From IMG/VR virus record IMGVR_UViG_3300030380_003294: a stretch of DNA of 64,000 nt. One strand, written 5' to 3'. Both the position numbers and the translations under genes were made by a program. Positions within the stretch are counted from its first letter, which is position 1; the number at the start of each line of letters is the position of its first letter. The notes under the pieces are model-generated. The model was not told where the DNA came from. It did not search any database and saw only the letters and a list, made by a program, of their open reading frames with translations. The stretch is from a virus. Positions 48,071-56,273 of the stretch are shown piece after piece.

Positions 48071-48131
48071 ATAGTATGGCATAAAAAATGACCCCTGCCT
48101 AGGGGTCATGTGACAGTTTGTAGATTGTCCT
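48071..48131 (-). promoter_or_regulatory. Early promoter copy 9 (terminator in spacer)
   Basis: gtgacagtttgtagattgtcct at 48110-48131; TACTAT at 48071-48076. Confidence 0.75.
48083..48109 (-). terminator. Rho-independent terminator inside promoter copy 9
   Basis: Minus strand ATGACCCCT-AGGC-AGGGGTCAT-TTTTT. Confidence 0.8.
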
Positions 48132-48297
48132 ACTCAGGAACTAGATACCTACAAATTCTTCGTGCCGATTTGTTGTGTTTTAAGTTCTCAGAATCGACTA
48201 AACAATCGAAATAGTCGTTCCATAACTCTGATTCGTATGTATCGGCATCAAAGTGGTTGTATTCTGGAGTTTGTTTGTGCGTTAAAATGTTATGCAT
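48130..48297 (-). CDS. Small conserved cyanophage/picocyanobacterial-type protein (55 aa)
   Basis: Hand translation MHNILTHKQTPEYNHFDADTYESELWNDYFDCLVDSENLKHNKSARRICRYLVPE; GAGG RBS; NDYFDCL..RIC motif. Confidence 0.7.
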   Translation of the reverse strand: MHNILTHKQTPEYNHFDADTYESELWNDYFDCLVDSENLKHNKSARRICRYLVPE

Positions 48298-48392
48298 AGG
48301 TTTTCCTCACGATAATATCATAATTATCTCATAATAATGAGAGGGTTTAGTGCATCTTGTTTTCCTCTGTGTGTAGCATATGCTGACTGGTA

Positions 48393-48578
48393 TTATTTAT
48401 GTGTCAATGTCTCAAAATTCACACAATGTACATCATAATTAATGTTCTCATTGAACAGTTCCATCACATGATAAGTTGACTCTTCTCCAACAGTAATGAC
48501 CTCTGTTTTATTCCAAGGTGTGTCTTTGTCATGATAGACAATTCGGTATGCATTTGGGATCATCGATGTACAATCCAA
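48393..48578 (-). CDS. Hypothetical protein (likely start MIPNAY)
   Basis: ORF track. Confidence 0.6.
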   Translation of the reverse strand: MDCTSMIPNAYRIVYHDKDTPWNKTEVITVGEESTYHVMELFNENINYDVHCVNFETLTHK

Positions 48579-48748
48579 TTAGGGTCATCAGTTGGGTGTA
48601 CCCACCATCCTTGATTCATATTAGGATGAAAGACATACCACCTCTCAAGGCGTTCACTCACATGAACGAAACCATCTTTCTTTAGATGGTATTGGAACAT
48701 TTCACATGCTTCCCTTGATTCTTTTCTGGGTTCAAGTCTTACTCTCAT
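48560..48748 (-). CDS. Hypothetical protein (62 aa)
   Basis: ORF track; WW..DDPNW motif. Confidence 0.7.
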   Translation of the reverse strand: MRVRLEPRKESREACEMFQYHLKKDGFVHVSERLERWYVFHPNMNQGWWVHPTDDPNWIVHR

Positions 48749-48869
48749 GCTTCAATAGAGTGAGTTTACTGCATCATATTCAGATCCGAGTACACTAGAT
48801 ACCCAATCATCCTCGTTTTCTTGAACACAATCAAATGAACTGTTGTATTCAATGTTGACTCGATCCAGT

Positions 48870-49070
48870 TTAAATGTACTGACCGAACCCCTTGCGATCT
48901 TCGATGTTTGCTCTTCGCTCAAGATCTTGCCATTGACGTTTTTTGCGTTTGAGAGTCCTGATTTCGTCATCTGTGTATAAAAATGGGTCTTTGTTTGCCT
49001 CTTTGAGTGCCTTGTTGATGGATTTAATAATCCCAACACTCGTTGTAGGTTTGTTTACAGGAGTAATCAT
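48870..49070 (-). CDS. Basic hypothetical protein (66 aa)
   Basis: ATGA overlap with the upstream oxygenase; motifs LYTDDEI..LK and C-terminal KGFG. Confidence 0.7.
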   Translation of the reverse strand: MITPVNKPTTSVGIIKSINKALKEANKDPFLYTDDEIRTLKRKKRQWQDLERRANIEDRKGFGQYI

Positions 49071-49708
49071 AACATTGAATCTTTTGGTGTGGGGGACTCT
49101 TGTGACGCTTTGTCGTTTGGCATAACGTACAAGTTCCCTGAGAATGTAATACGGGGTGTATCTACGGGGTTAGGTGCAACCATATGAGGGTAATGTGATG
49201 GGAATACAATCAGATCTCCCTTAGATGCTTTAGGGATGACTCTAGTTTGTATTGGCATTTTGAATGCATCACTTAAACCAGACTTCTTATACTTGTCATG
49301 ATCGTTGTATATAAAACGAAACAACGGATCTCCGTCAGGTACATCATATAGGTAACACATGCTCAGGTTACAAAAAGGAACATCATGAGTATGATACTCT
49401 TGATGCATACCTTTATTATATAGATTTGCCCATGCCTCTTGAGGTTTGATCTCTATATCAATTTGAGGTTTAAGTTCATCGATCATCTTGTCTAGGGTTG
49501 ATCGGATACATTCCAACCAATCATTCCAAGGTAGATCAAGATTACCCTGAGATTGAAATGTACTTAGACAATTACAATCCCAAGGGGAATCTACATAGAT
49601 GCTTTCGTCTCTGATCTGCGGTTCAAATAATTGTTCGATCTGTTGTTGGTATTCAACAGGAACTGTCTCAATGTAATACCATTGAGGACAGAACATTTCT
49701 ATAGTCAT
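49067..49708 (-). CDS. Putative 2OG-Fe(II) oxygenase (TIGR02466-like)
   Basis: WANLY..QEYHTHD..LS..Y, and LIVFPSHYPHMVAPN..RITFSGN (double-stranded beta-helix pattern). Confidence 0.8.
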   Translation of the reverse strand: MTIEMFCPQWYYIETVPVEYQQQIEQLFEPQIRDESIYVDSPWDCNCLSTFQSQGNLDLPWNDWLECIRSTLDKMIDELKPQIDIEIKPQEAWANLYNKGMHQEYHTHDVPFCNLSMCYLYDVPDGDPLFRFIYNDHDKYKKSGLSDAFKMPIQTRVIPKASKGDLIVFPSHYPHMVAPNPVDTPRITFSGNLYVMPNDKASQESPTPKDSML

Positions 49709-49905
49709 TGCTTATAAAGATCATTAAGATGAAGTTTATCTACAACAGATTGAACATAGTCCATCTGTCCATGATAAAAGTCTTCAGAGATATTCTTATC
49801 TTTGAAGTATCGTTTCTGTAAGTATGAAACGTATTTAACGAGAGACTCTTTTAACATAGTCTTCTCGTTGATGTCTAGTAATGCAGAATGATAGAGGTAA
49901 CTCAT
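49705..49905 (-). CDS. Hypothetical protein (66 aa)
   Basis: ORF track; ATGA overlaps. Confidence 0.7.
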   Translation of the reverse strand: MSYLYHSALLDINEKTMLKESLVKYVSYLQKRYFKDKNISEDFYHGQMDYVQSVVDKLHLNDLYKQ

Positions 49906-50078
49906 CCCTTTATCCGTAATGATTTAGTGTATTCTAGTACATGATCTCGTATTTCGAGAAGTTCGTCAAGACATGTTTGGTTTCTCGCACAATTCCTTAG
50001 TGCTGAGTCAGGTTTATACAATGACTCTTCAAAAAGAGTCAAACCTCTGTTGTATGCTTCTTCCTGTGGGGATAACAT
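49902..50078 (-). CDS. Conserved cyanophage hypothetical protein (58 aa)
   Basis: Hand translation MLSPQEEAYNRGLTLFEESLYKPDSALRNCARNQTCLDELLEIRDHVLEYTKSLRIKG. Confidence 0.7.
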   Translation of the reverse strand: MLSPQEEAYNRGLTLFEESLYKPDSALRNCARNQTCLDELLEIRDHVLEYTKSLRIKG

Positions 50079-50155
50079 GTTAGTATTGTGTTGTGTAATC
50101 CATTTCGTAGGTTACTTCGGTACTGTCATCAAACTCTACTTCATCATACAAATCA

Positions 50156-50338
50156 TCATCCCCAATCTTCGTCTTGGACGTTGGCATTGAATCTTTGTTT
50201 TCTTTTGTTTGATTTGTAGTTGCCATTTGTATCTTCAAGAAAGTTTGATTTTGAATTCCGAGTCCTTTTATCTCGGATAGATTTACCATAGGAGTAGTTG
50301 CCTCGTTCGCTTCCACCCCTTCTGAACGTCTTACCCAT
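50156..50338 (-). CDS. Basic hypothetical protein (60 aa)
   Basis: MGKTFRRGGSERG..SIRDKR. A short acidic ORF ending at 50080 probably follows in another frame. Confidence 0.65.
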   Translation of the reverse strand: MGKTFRRGGSERGNYSYGKSIRDKRTRNSKSNFLEDTNGNYKSNKRKQRFNANVQDEDWG

Positions 50339-50392
50339 TGAAATTTAGATTTTAGTCTAAAGTAAACTACAGTTTATATATGAGATGTGAGA

Positions 50393-50626
50393 TCACACCT
50401 CTGTTTCGGTTGATACGGTTCGGGACATCCCATCAGTAATGCTAAAGGGAATAAGATTCTCTGTATCAGTAATACCTTCATCAACGATGAGGTCATCAAA
50501 AACATAACCAACACCATGCAAGAAGTCTGAAGTCTTTTCCACTACATCTTGAATGAGTGTTCCTTCAAACTCCTTTGTTGTGACAGTTCCGTCTTCGTCA
50601 GTTGCGGTCAAAATAAAAGAGGGCAT
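50393..50626 (-). CDS. Conserved hypothetical protein (77 aa)
   Basis: Motif TTKEFE..IQDVVE..SDFLHGVGYVF; downstream of a sigma70 promoter. Confidence 0.75.
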   Translation of the reverse strand: MPSFILTATDEDGTVTTKEFEGTLIQDVVEKTSDFLHGVGYVFDDLIVDEGITDTENLIPFSITDGMSRTVSTETEV

Positions 50627-50651
50627 TGGTCTTAACCAAGTGAACCCTCGT

Positions 50652-50680
50652 AGTATAGCAGGTTTTTAGATGGGTGTCAA
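50652..50680 (-). promoter_or_regulatory. Sigma70-type promoter TTGACA-N17-TATACT
   Basis: tgtcaa at 50675-50680 and agtata at 50652-50657, with extended TG. Confidence 0.8.
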
Positions 50681-51036
50681 CCCTTAGGATATGCCGACTT
50701 CGTACTCTTGACTCCGTTGTACCAGACACCAGTCTTGGCGGTCTCTCCTAGTTTACCATCATCAATGTCATGCCAGAGTTGATCGAGTTGCTCTTCTATT
50801 GGATTATATGCCCACCTTCTTAACGTCTCATAACTTTGAGTAGGAGTGCTTACTCTTGAGATAGTATCTGTTTCTTTATCATATGTAAAACTTGGCGGTG
50901 CATCTGCATCTGCCTTATATGATAATGCAGACTCATCAAAATTTTTCCATTCGTAATCAGAGTGTACTTCAAATGTAGCGTCATCTGCTACTAATTGATG
51001 AACTTGACCTGCTTCGATGTGTACTAATGCTTTCAT
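50677..51036 (-). CDS. Tail fibre assembly chaperone-like protein
   Basis: Start refined to MKALVHIE; C-terminal YETLRRWAYNPIEEQLDQLWHDID..W...VKS..YPK pattern. Confidence 0.65.
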   Translation of the reverse strand: MKALVHIEAGQVHQLVADDATFEVHSDYEWKNFDESALSYKADADAPPSFTYDKETDTISRVSTPTQSYETLRRWAYNPIEEQLDQLWHDIDDGKLGETAKTGVWYNGVKSTKSAYPKG

Positions 51037-51041
51037 GTGAC

Positions 51042-51851
51042 TTAAGAATAATTGTAGACGATTACACAACCTGCACCACCACGACTGTTGTTGTGTGCAT
51101 AACTGTTTTGAGAATAATATCCATAACCTCCACCAGAACCCCATTGTCCATGGGTGTTCTCAGCGTTAGTGCTACTGTTATGGTGGTTTGATCCTGCTTT
51201 ATGCCAGAAACTACATCCAGATCCACCTTCTCTGTTAGATCCGTGGGACATTTCACCACCGCCCCCTGGCAAATTAATGTCTCCACCACTGGCGTTTCCA
51301 CCATGTCCACCTTCATATGGGTTATCAGTATAACCTCCATCACCACCAGTAGCAGTACAGTATGAACCAAAGGATGAAGTTCCTCCTGATCCTCCTCTAC
51401 CACCATTCCTAACATAGTCGCCACCACCACCGTAAGTATAACTTACAGTACTAACACCTGAGACGTCAATATATTTAATTGCGGTTGCTCCACCGCCTCC
51501 ACCTGCACCACGATAGTTGTTATCGTTAGTTCTAGAACCTCCACCACCACCTGTAACATATACTAAAACATGGTTGCAACCCGCAGGTTTTGTCCAAGTT
51601 CCAGATCCACCAGAAGTAGAGTTACTGTTCCATGTACCATTCTGCGATGTATATACGTTTATACCTAATAATCTACCCTCCATTGCGGTGGGAACCCATG
51701 CTGATCCGTTCCACATAATAGAATGGTTCGTACTGGGTGTACCAGAAAGAAATCCAGTCAGATTAGTAGCAGGTGCAGTATTAATAGTTGACGAGTCGCC
51801 AGTAAACTGGGTAGTTCCAACACTCAAAGTACCTACATTTAACTGTGACAT
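51042..51851 (-). CDS. Glycine-rich short fibre/adhesin protein
   Basis: 269 aa; TWTKPAG..VLVYVTGGGGGS followed by polyglycine segments; ends GCVIVYNY. Confidence 0.75.
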   Translation of the reverse strand: MSQLNVGTLSVGTTQFTGDSSTINTAPATNLTGFLSGTPSTNHSIMWNGSAWVPTAMEGRLLGINVYTSQNGTWNSNSTSGGSGTWTKPAGCNHVLVYVTGGGGGSRTNDNNYRGAGGGGGATAIKYIDVSGVSTVSYTYGGGGDYVRNGGRGGSGGTSSFGSYCTATGGDGGYTDNPYEGGHGGNASGGDINLPGGGGEMSHGSNREGGSGCSFWHKAGSNHHNSSTNAENTHGQWGSGGGYGYYSQNSYAHNNSRGGAGCVIVYNYS

Positions 51852-51880
51852 TTAACCTACTTCAATAATTCTTACAATCC

Positions 51881-51888
51881 TATTTATA
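51881..51888 (-). promoter_or_regulatory. T4 late promoter TATAAATA
   Basis: Exact consensus, overlapping the permease stop codon. Confidence 0.75.
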
Positions 51889-52921
51889 GAATAAACGTCA
51901 CTAGGAATGCATACCCTATTAACCATAAACACAATCCACCTAAGACCTTATAATATTTCTTGAGAGGTGTACCAAAGTATTGTTGTCCGATCATCAAACA
52001 TTTATGTGCAGGGGATAGTAGATACCCTGAGTATTCAGTTGCTAAGAACCATACAAGATACTGTTGACCAAAGATCAATACAAGTGCTGATGTCATACCT
52101 GCATACTTACCTGATGATCCCATGATATATGCTGCAACCATACCTACGAGAGTTACAGGAATAATCATACTAGGATCTGCTGCTTTTAGATATGCCATGA
52201 CAGGTGCTTTAATAAGACCTACCACACCACCAAGAGCAAGAACAATAGTAGCAATAATAGCAAAACGACCGTCAAGATACTTACCCCACTTCCAATCTTT
52301 ACAAATGATACTGTAATAACATGCCATGCCTATGAACCAAGGAAAGAAGAATATTGCTCCTGCTTTACCTACACACAATAAGAACCAAATCGTTGCAATA
52401 AATGGTGCCCATCCTCGTAATGCCCTCTGCCAGTTGAAGTCTCGGATATTATCCATGTTAGGTACAACTGATCGGGGATCAACCTTAGTAAAGATGAACC
52501 ACCATGTATATACCAAACAGATAATCAGAGGTACAAATGTATATGATAGCATTTGTCCATAAGTAATACCCAATGCTGCCATAGGCAGGATGATAGTCTT
52601 TTCTAATGGACTCCACCAATAGTAATGATGAGTTGAAAGATAATCAATGATCCCGAAGTTGGATCTCTTTTCTTTACTTGGTGGTGCGATAGCATCCAGT
52701 AGTGGTGCGGATAGTGCTACCCTGCCTGGGATTGGTAGTACACCACCCAAGATAGAGGTGATAATAATCATCACCCTGTTGTCTTTAATATATTTCTTTG
52801 CGAGTGAGTAAACATCATCTAGTACATGATACTCTCGAATAAATCCACCGAGGATCATGATACCAAAAATGTAACCCATGTAGAGTTCTTTTTGGGCGAT
52901 CGATTCTAAGATCTTAGACAT
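51884..52921 (-). CDS. Multi-pass membrane protein, DUF401/IT-superfamily permease-like
   Basis: 345 aa with about 9-10 hydrophobic helices; motifs GVLPIPG..LSAPLL, HHYYWWSPLE and GYLLSPAHKCL..YFG. Confidence 0.65.
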   Translation of the reverse strand: MSKILESIAQKELYMGYIFGIMILGGFIREYHVLDDVYSLAKKYIKDNRVMIIITSILGGVLPIPGRVALSAPLLDAIAPPSKEKRSNFGIIDYLSTHHYYWWSPLEKTIILPMAALGITYGQMLSYTFVPLIICLVYTWWFIFTKVDPRSVVPNMDNIRDFNWQRALRGWAPFIATIWFLLCVGKAGAIFFFPWFIGMACYYSIICKDWKWGKYLDGRFAIIATIVLALGGVVGLIKAPVMAYLKAADPSMIIPVTLVGMVAAYIMGSSGKYAGMTSALVLIFGQQYLVWFLATEYSGYLLSPAHKCLMIGQQYFGTPLKKYYKVLGGLCLWLIGYAFLVTFIL

Positions 52922-53414
52922 AATTAAAGTTGATTACCATTCTAAAGGATGCATTTGTAGTTGATGTACCTGTATGTTTCATACCATTTGGAAAGGTTAC
53001 GAACCTGTTAGCAACAGATTCTACCTTAGTACCATCTTCAAATGCTGTGTATCCATCACATGTATTCATATAAAGGATACTTGTCTTTATGTATGGACGA
53101 TCTTCTGCATCCAATACATCAACATGCATACCATGTTCAACGAGACGATCAGTCCCCATGACAAGATTTGCTTTGCACTTGATCATAGCACAAGGTTGTA
53201 CTTTTTGCAAGACAGGGTAAAGAACTTCAATAGTCTTGTCAACAGGTGCATGCCTGTCATAAAAGAAATGTACCATCTGCATATTACGATTCACATTCTC
53301 AGGTGTGTCATCAACAATCTTAGATGATTCCCAGAGTATGTTGTAACTCATCATCATCTTATACAGATGTGTAAACTCTTCTACTGGTAGGAACTGATCT
53401 TCTACATTAATCAT
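52914..53414 (-). CDS. 2OG-Fe(II) oxygenase superfamily protein
   Basis: Start refined to MINVEDQF (TAATG with ferredoxin); HVD...KHTG...RMVINFNY gives the facial triad and the 2OG-binding Arg. Confidence 0.8.
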   Translation of the reverse strand: MINVEDQFLPVEEFTHLYKMMMSYNILWESSKIVDDTPENVNRNMQMVHFFYDRHAPVDKTIEVLYPVLQKVQPCAMIKCKANLVMGTDRLVEHGMHVDVLDAEDRPYIKTSILYMNTCDGYTAFEDGTKVESVANRFVTFPNGMKHTGTSTTNASFRMVINFNYV

Positions 53415-53701
53415 TAATAAAGCGACTCCTCCTGATTGCTCAGAATAACTACATCGGACTCTGGATATGCCACACAAGTGAGAACAAATCCTTCTGCGAG
53501 TTGGTCATCATCAAGGAAAGATTGCTCTTCTTGATTGACTGTACCTTCCTCGACTTTACCTGCACAAGTTGAACAAGCACCTGCTCTACACGAGTATGGT
53601 AGATCAACTCCTGCTTCTTCTGCTGCGTCTAGAATATACTGATCGCCTTCGCATTCAAAGGTATCTTTAGTGCCATCGGGGTGTTTAAAAGTAACGTTCA
53701 T
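53414..53701 (-). CDS. petF: Plant-type [2Fe-2S] ferredoxin
   Basis: [16 protein letters not shown]...QSFLDDDQ...VLTCVAYP. Confidence 0.95.
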   Translation of the reverse strand: MNVTFKHPDGTKDTFECEGDQYILDAAEEAGVDLPYSCRAGACSTCAGKVEEGTVNQEEQSFLDDDQLAEGFVLTCVAYPESDVVILSNQEESLY

Positions 53702-53728
53702 AGGATATCAAATGGAACATCCTATATA

Positions 53729-55453
53729 TTACTTCTCAATCACAGCAACGTGTACACCATTCCAGAAATCGTTAGCATCCTCTGACTTTTCGGTCAGAAT
53801 AGTTCTCTCCCACAGCACATTCTTGTCTTTTAGAAACTCCTTTGCTCTTTCCATTACTTTGTCAAAGTTTGCATCATCAATAACCAGAATGTAATCCTTA
53901 TCAGCATGCTTATGAAGATGTTCCAAGTTTGGAATCATATCCTCGTTGACATCAGCATCATAGAATATCACACGAGGGGGATACTGAGGATTAAATTCAA
54001 CTGCTTGAATAGGTTTAACAGAGAAACCAATAGAACAATCAGTATTCATCCATTTCTCTGCGTTCTTAATGAACTCATCAACTGGATTTGTGACGTTCTC
54101 GTAATCTTTATGCAAGTCTTTACGTTTAGGTTTGATAATTTCATCTTGGAAATCATCAATAGCATATGCCTTGACTGCACTATTCTGATATAGAGCAGCG
54201 AATACTGTACTACCCATGTATGCACCTGCATCAACATATACTGTCCCACGCTCATTGCATAGGTTGTTGAGTAAGTGTCTGATTTTATTAGATGACAATC
54301 CAAGCACATCATAACCCTCAGGGTTAAAATTAGAGTTGTTATCTACAGCACCATCAATGGCACGAATGGCACGATCTACCAGAGGATTCATTTTTCGTTG
54401 TTGCTTCTTCAATCGAGAGTCTAGCACAGATTCGCAATAGTTGCAATCCCAACAGTCAAATTGACATGTTTTAATCTTCTCTCGCCAGATATTTATGGGT
54501 GCATCAGGCATCTTGATGTCATCCATGTACTCTTCAAAGTGAGGAAACATCAACGTAGTTGGTTCTTGCCATCTTTCAATAAGATCCATGGACTCTTTTA
54601 GTCTCATGCCATCTTCTCTACCATGTAACTTGAATACATCAATACCAAGATCTAAGAACTCTTGCCAGTCCTCCTTCCAAGGGGGTAAGTTTGCTGCTTT
54701 AAGTTCATGTGCAGGGTCATAAGCATCCCATCGCTGACATGATACACGACTGATAGTGCTATTGAAGTATTGAGGTTCACTTCCCTGTCTTGTACTATTA
54801 TATTGATAATGCTCTGGCATGATAGGACATCCACCCCAACAATGCTCATTCACAAGCAATGATAGTTTGACTGGATTACCTTTCTCTTCACAATATTTCT
54901 TGGCATCAACAATTCTTTTTAGCAGATTTCTATCTCTCATCACATCCCTATCAAGGTTAATGTAATGGAAACCTGCACTTGCAAGGGTGACTATCTCGTT
55001 AGGTTTTGTCACCTCTCGTAAGATAGTATTCTTAATTTCTAGTTCTGGAAAATGTTTTTGGATCTGTCCAGTCATGATCCATGATGTATGAGGTATAGTT
55101 GCACACCTCACACCATTATCATATAGAAACTTAAAGTTCTTGATGAACTCATCTAGGTTCTTTTGATCGGGTCTTACCCAAATGTTATTGAATGTAGCAG
55201 ACAGGGGAATACCTGTCTTATCTGAAATGTATAAAGCATTCTTTGCAGCACCTTGTGCATCGCTATTGGTGCGAAAAACATCCCCCATCGCATCCTGCAT
55301 GAATGGGGGCATTCTTGTAGTAAAGTATAGGTCGTATATTACCGTTCCATTTCTCAGCAGGAATGGAATGAACTCCTCGTCAATAAACTCAGGACTTACC
55401 TTCGGATTGATTGGCAGACTGAATACGCCTATCTTCGAGGTTGTTGTGTGCAT
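53729..55453 (-). CDS. U32-peptidase-like Fe-S protein fused to a class I SAM methyltransferase
   Basis: Start refined to MHTTTSK (AGGAG RBS). N-domain: INLDRDVMRD, LLVNEHCWGGCP, SCQRW, IDVFKLHGRE and CQFDCWDCNYC. C-domain: YVDAGAYMGST, AIDDF, IFYDAD and LVIDDAN. Confidence 0.7.
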   Translation of the reverse strand: MHTTTSKIGVFSLPINPKVSPEFIDEEFIPFLLRNGTVIYDLYFTTRMPPFMQDAMGDVFRTNSDAQGAAKNALYISDKTGIPLSATFNNIWVRPDQKNLDEFIKNFKFLYDNGVRCATIPHTSWIMTGQIQKHFPELEIKNTILREVTKPNEIVTLASAGFHYINLDRDVMRDRNLLKRIVDAKKYCEEKGNPVKLSLLVNEHCWGGCPIMPEHYQYNSTRQGSEPQYFNSTISRVSCQRWDAYDPAHELKAANLPPWKEDWQEFLDLGIDVFKLHGREDGMRLKESMDLIERWQEPTTLMFPHFEEYMDDIKMPDAPINIWREKIKTCQFDCWDCNYCESVLDSRLKKQQRKMNPLVDRAIRAIDGAVDNNSNFNPEGYDVLGLSSNKIRHLLNNLCNERGTVYVDAGAYMGSTVFAALYQNSAVKAYAIDDFQDEIIKPKRKDLHKDYENVTNPVDEFIKNAEKWMNTDCSIGFSVKPIQAVEFNPQYPPRVIFYDADVNEDMIPNLEHLHKHADKDYILVIDDANFDKVMERAKEFLKDKNVLWERTILTEKSEDANDFWNGVHVAVIEK

Positions 55454-56273
55454 AATCTGAGAGAACTCCTGCTGTATCAAATAGTTGCGGTGGTTTGCCT
55501 TCCATCATTTTATCGACCCTTGCTTCTGCTGCTTCTTTAATGCCACCAACAGATCTATTGACAGCAGTAGAGTATGTCATCGCAAGATCACATACAGCAC
55601 CTTGATCTTCTGGTGCCATTTGCAACATAGATTCCAAGTTACCTGCTTGGATTCTACCAGTAGTTAGCAAGTCAATAGCAGACTGTTTACCCATACGAGC
55701 AATCCAATACTTATGCTCTTCAACTTCTTCTAGTTGTTTGTCCTCTAGAATTTTGACAATTTCACTTGCATCGTCAGTTCCTGCTTTCTCTTTAATAATA
55801 TTAAAGAAACCATTGAGTTCCTCTTTACATTGCCTGAGTTTGTTTAACCAAATCTGCCTATCAAGATACAGCAATTCTAGTTCGTATTGCTTATCCTGCT
55901 TGTAAAAAGGATTCTCTTCCTTTTCCATTTCATGCTTAACTCTAGCAATATCATTTAGACACCGCTTGAATTGAATTGTACTTTTTGATAGAGAATTCGT
56001 TCTACCTTGAATCTCCATCATTGCCTGTCGGATCTGCCTGTAGGGTGTGACCTGACTATTAACAACGTAATACTTGTTTTGAAATTCTGTTTGTCCGAAG
56101 TGTTGTTGCTCTGACCATGCCATCAGAGATTCATCGAACTTATCAATTTCTTCCCACTTATCAATACCTTCGAGTTCCTTAATTACATCAGAAACTCTGT
56201 AATCGGTATCAGAACTGGATTCCTTTTGAGTAGTCGAAAGGTTGTTTTCTTTCGATGTTTCCTGTTTCTTCAT
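55389..56273 (-). CDS. Conserved helical/coiled-coil hypothetical protein
   Basis: Motifs FGQTEFQNKYYVVNSQVTPYRQIRQAMME and YWIARMGKQSAIDLLTTGRIQAGN. The start is uncertain (56273 or further upstream). Confidence 0.7.
   Translation of the reverse strand: MKKQETSKENNLSTTQKESSSDTDYRVSDVIKELEGIDKWEEIDKFDESLMAWSEQQHFGQTEFQNKYYVVNSQVTPYRQIRQAMMEIQGRTNSLSKSTIQFKRCLNDIARVKHEMEKEENPFYKQDKQYELELLYLDRQIWLNKLRQCKEELNGFFNIIKEKAGTDDASEIVKILEDKQLEEVEEHKYWIARMGKQSAIDLLTTGRIQAGNLESMLQMAPEDQGAVCDLAMTYSTAVNRSVGGIKEAAEARVDKMMEGKPPQLFDTAGVLSDYAHNNLEDRRIQSANQSEGKS

Noticed and set aside
39200-48131. Repeated palindromes as a CRISPR array or integron attC array
   Set aside because: Spacing is 0.8-2.1 kb and filled with ORFs, the repeats are degenerate and tied to -10 boxes, and there is no cas or integrase gene in the window.
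48752-49039. 95-aa ORF
   Set aside because: It mostly overlaps 48870-49070. Only the acidic 3' part (EDDWVSSVLG) looks coding and no clear ATG start was found, so it is left uncalled.
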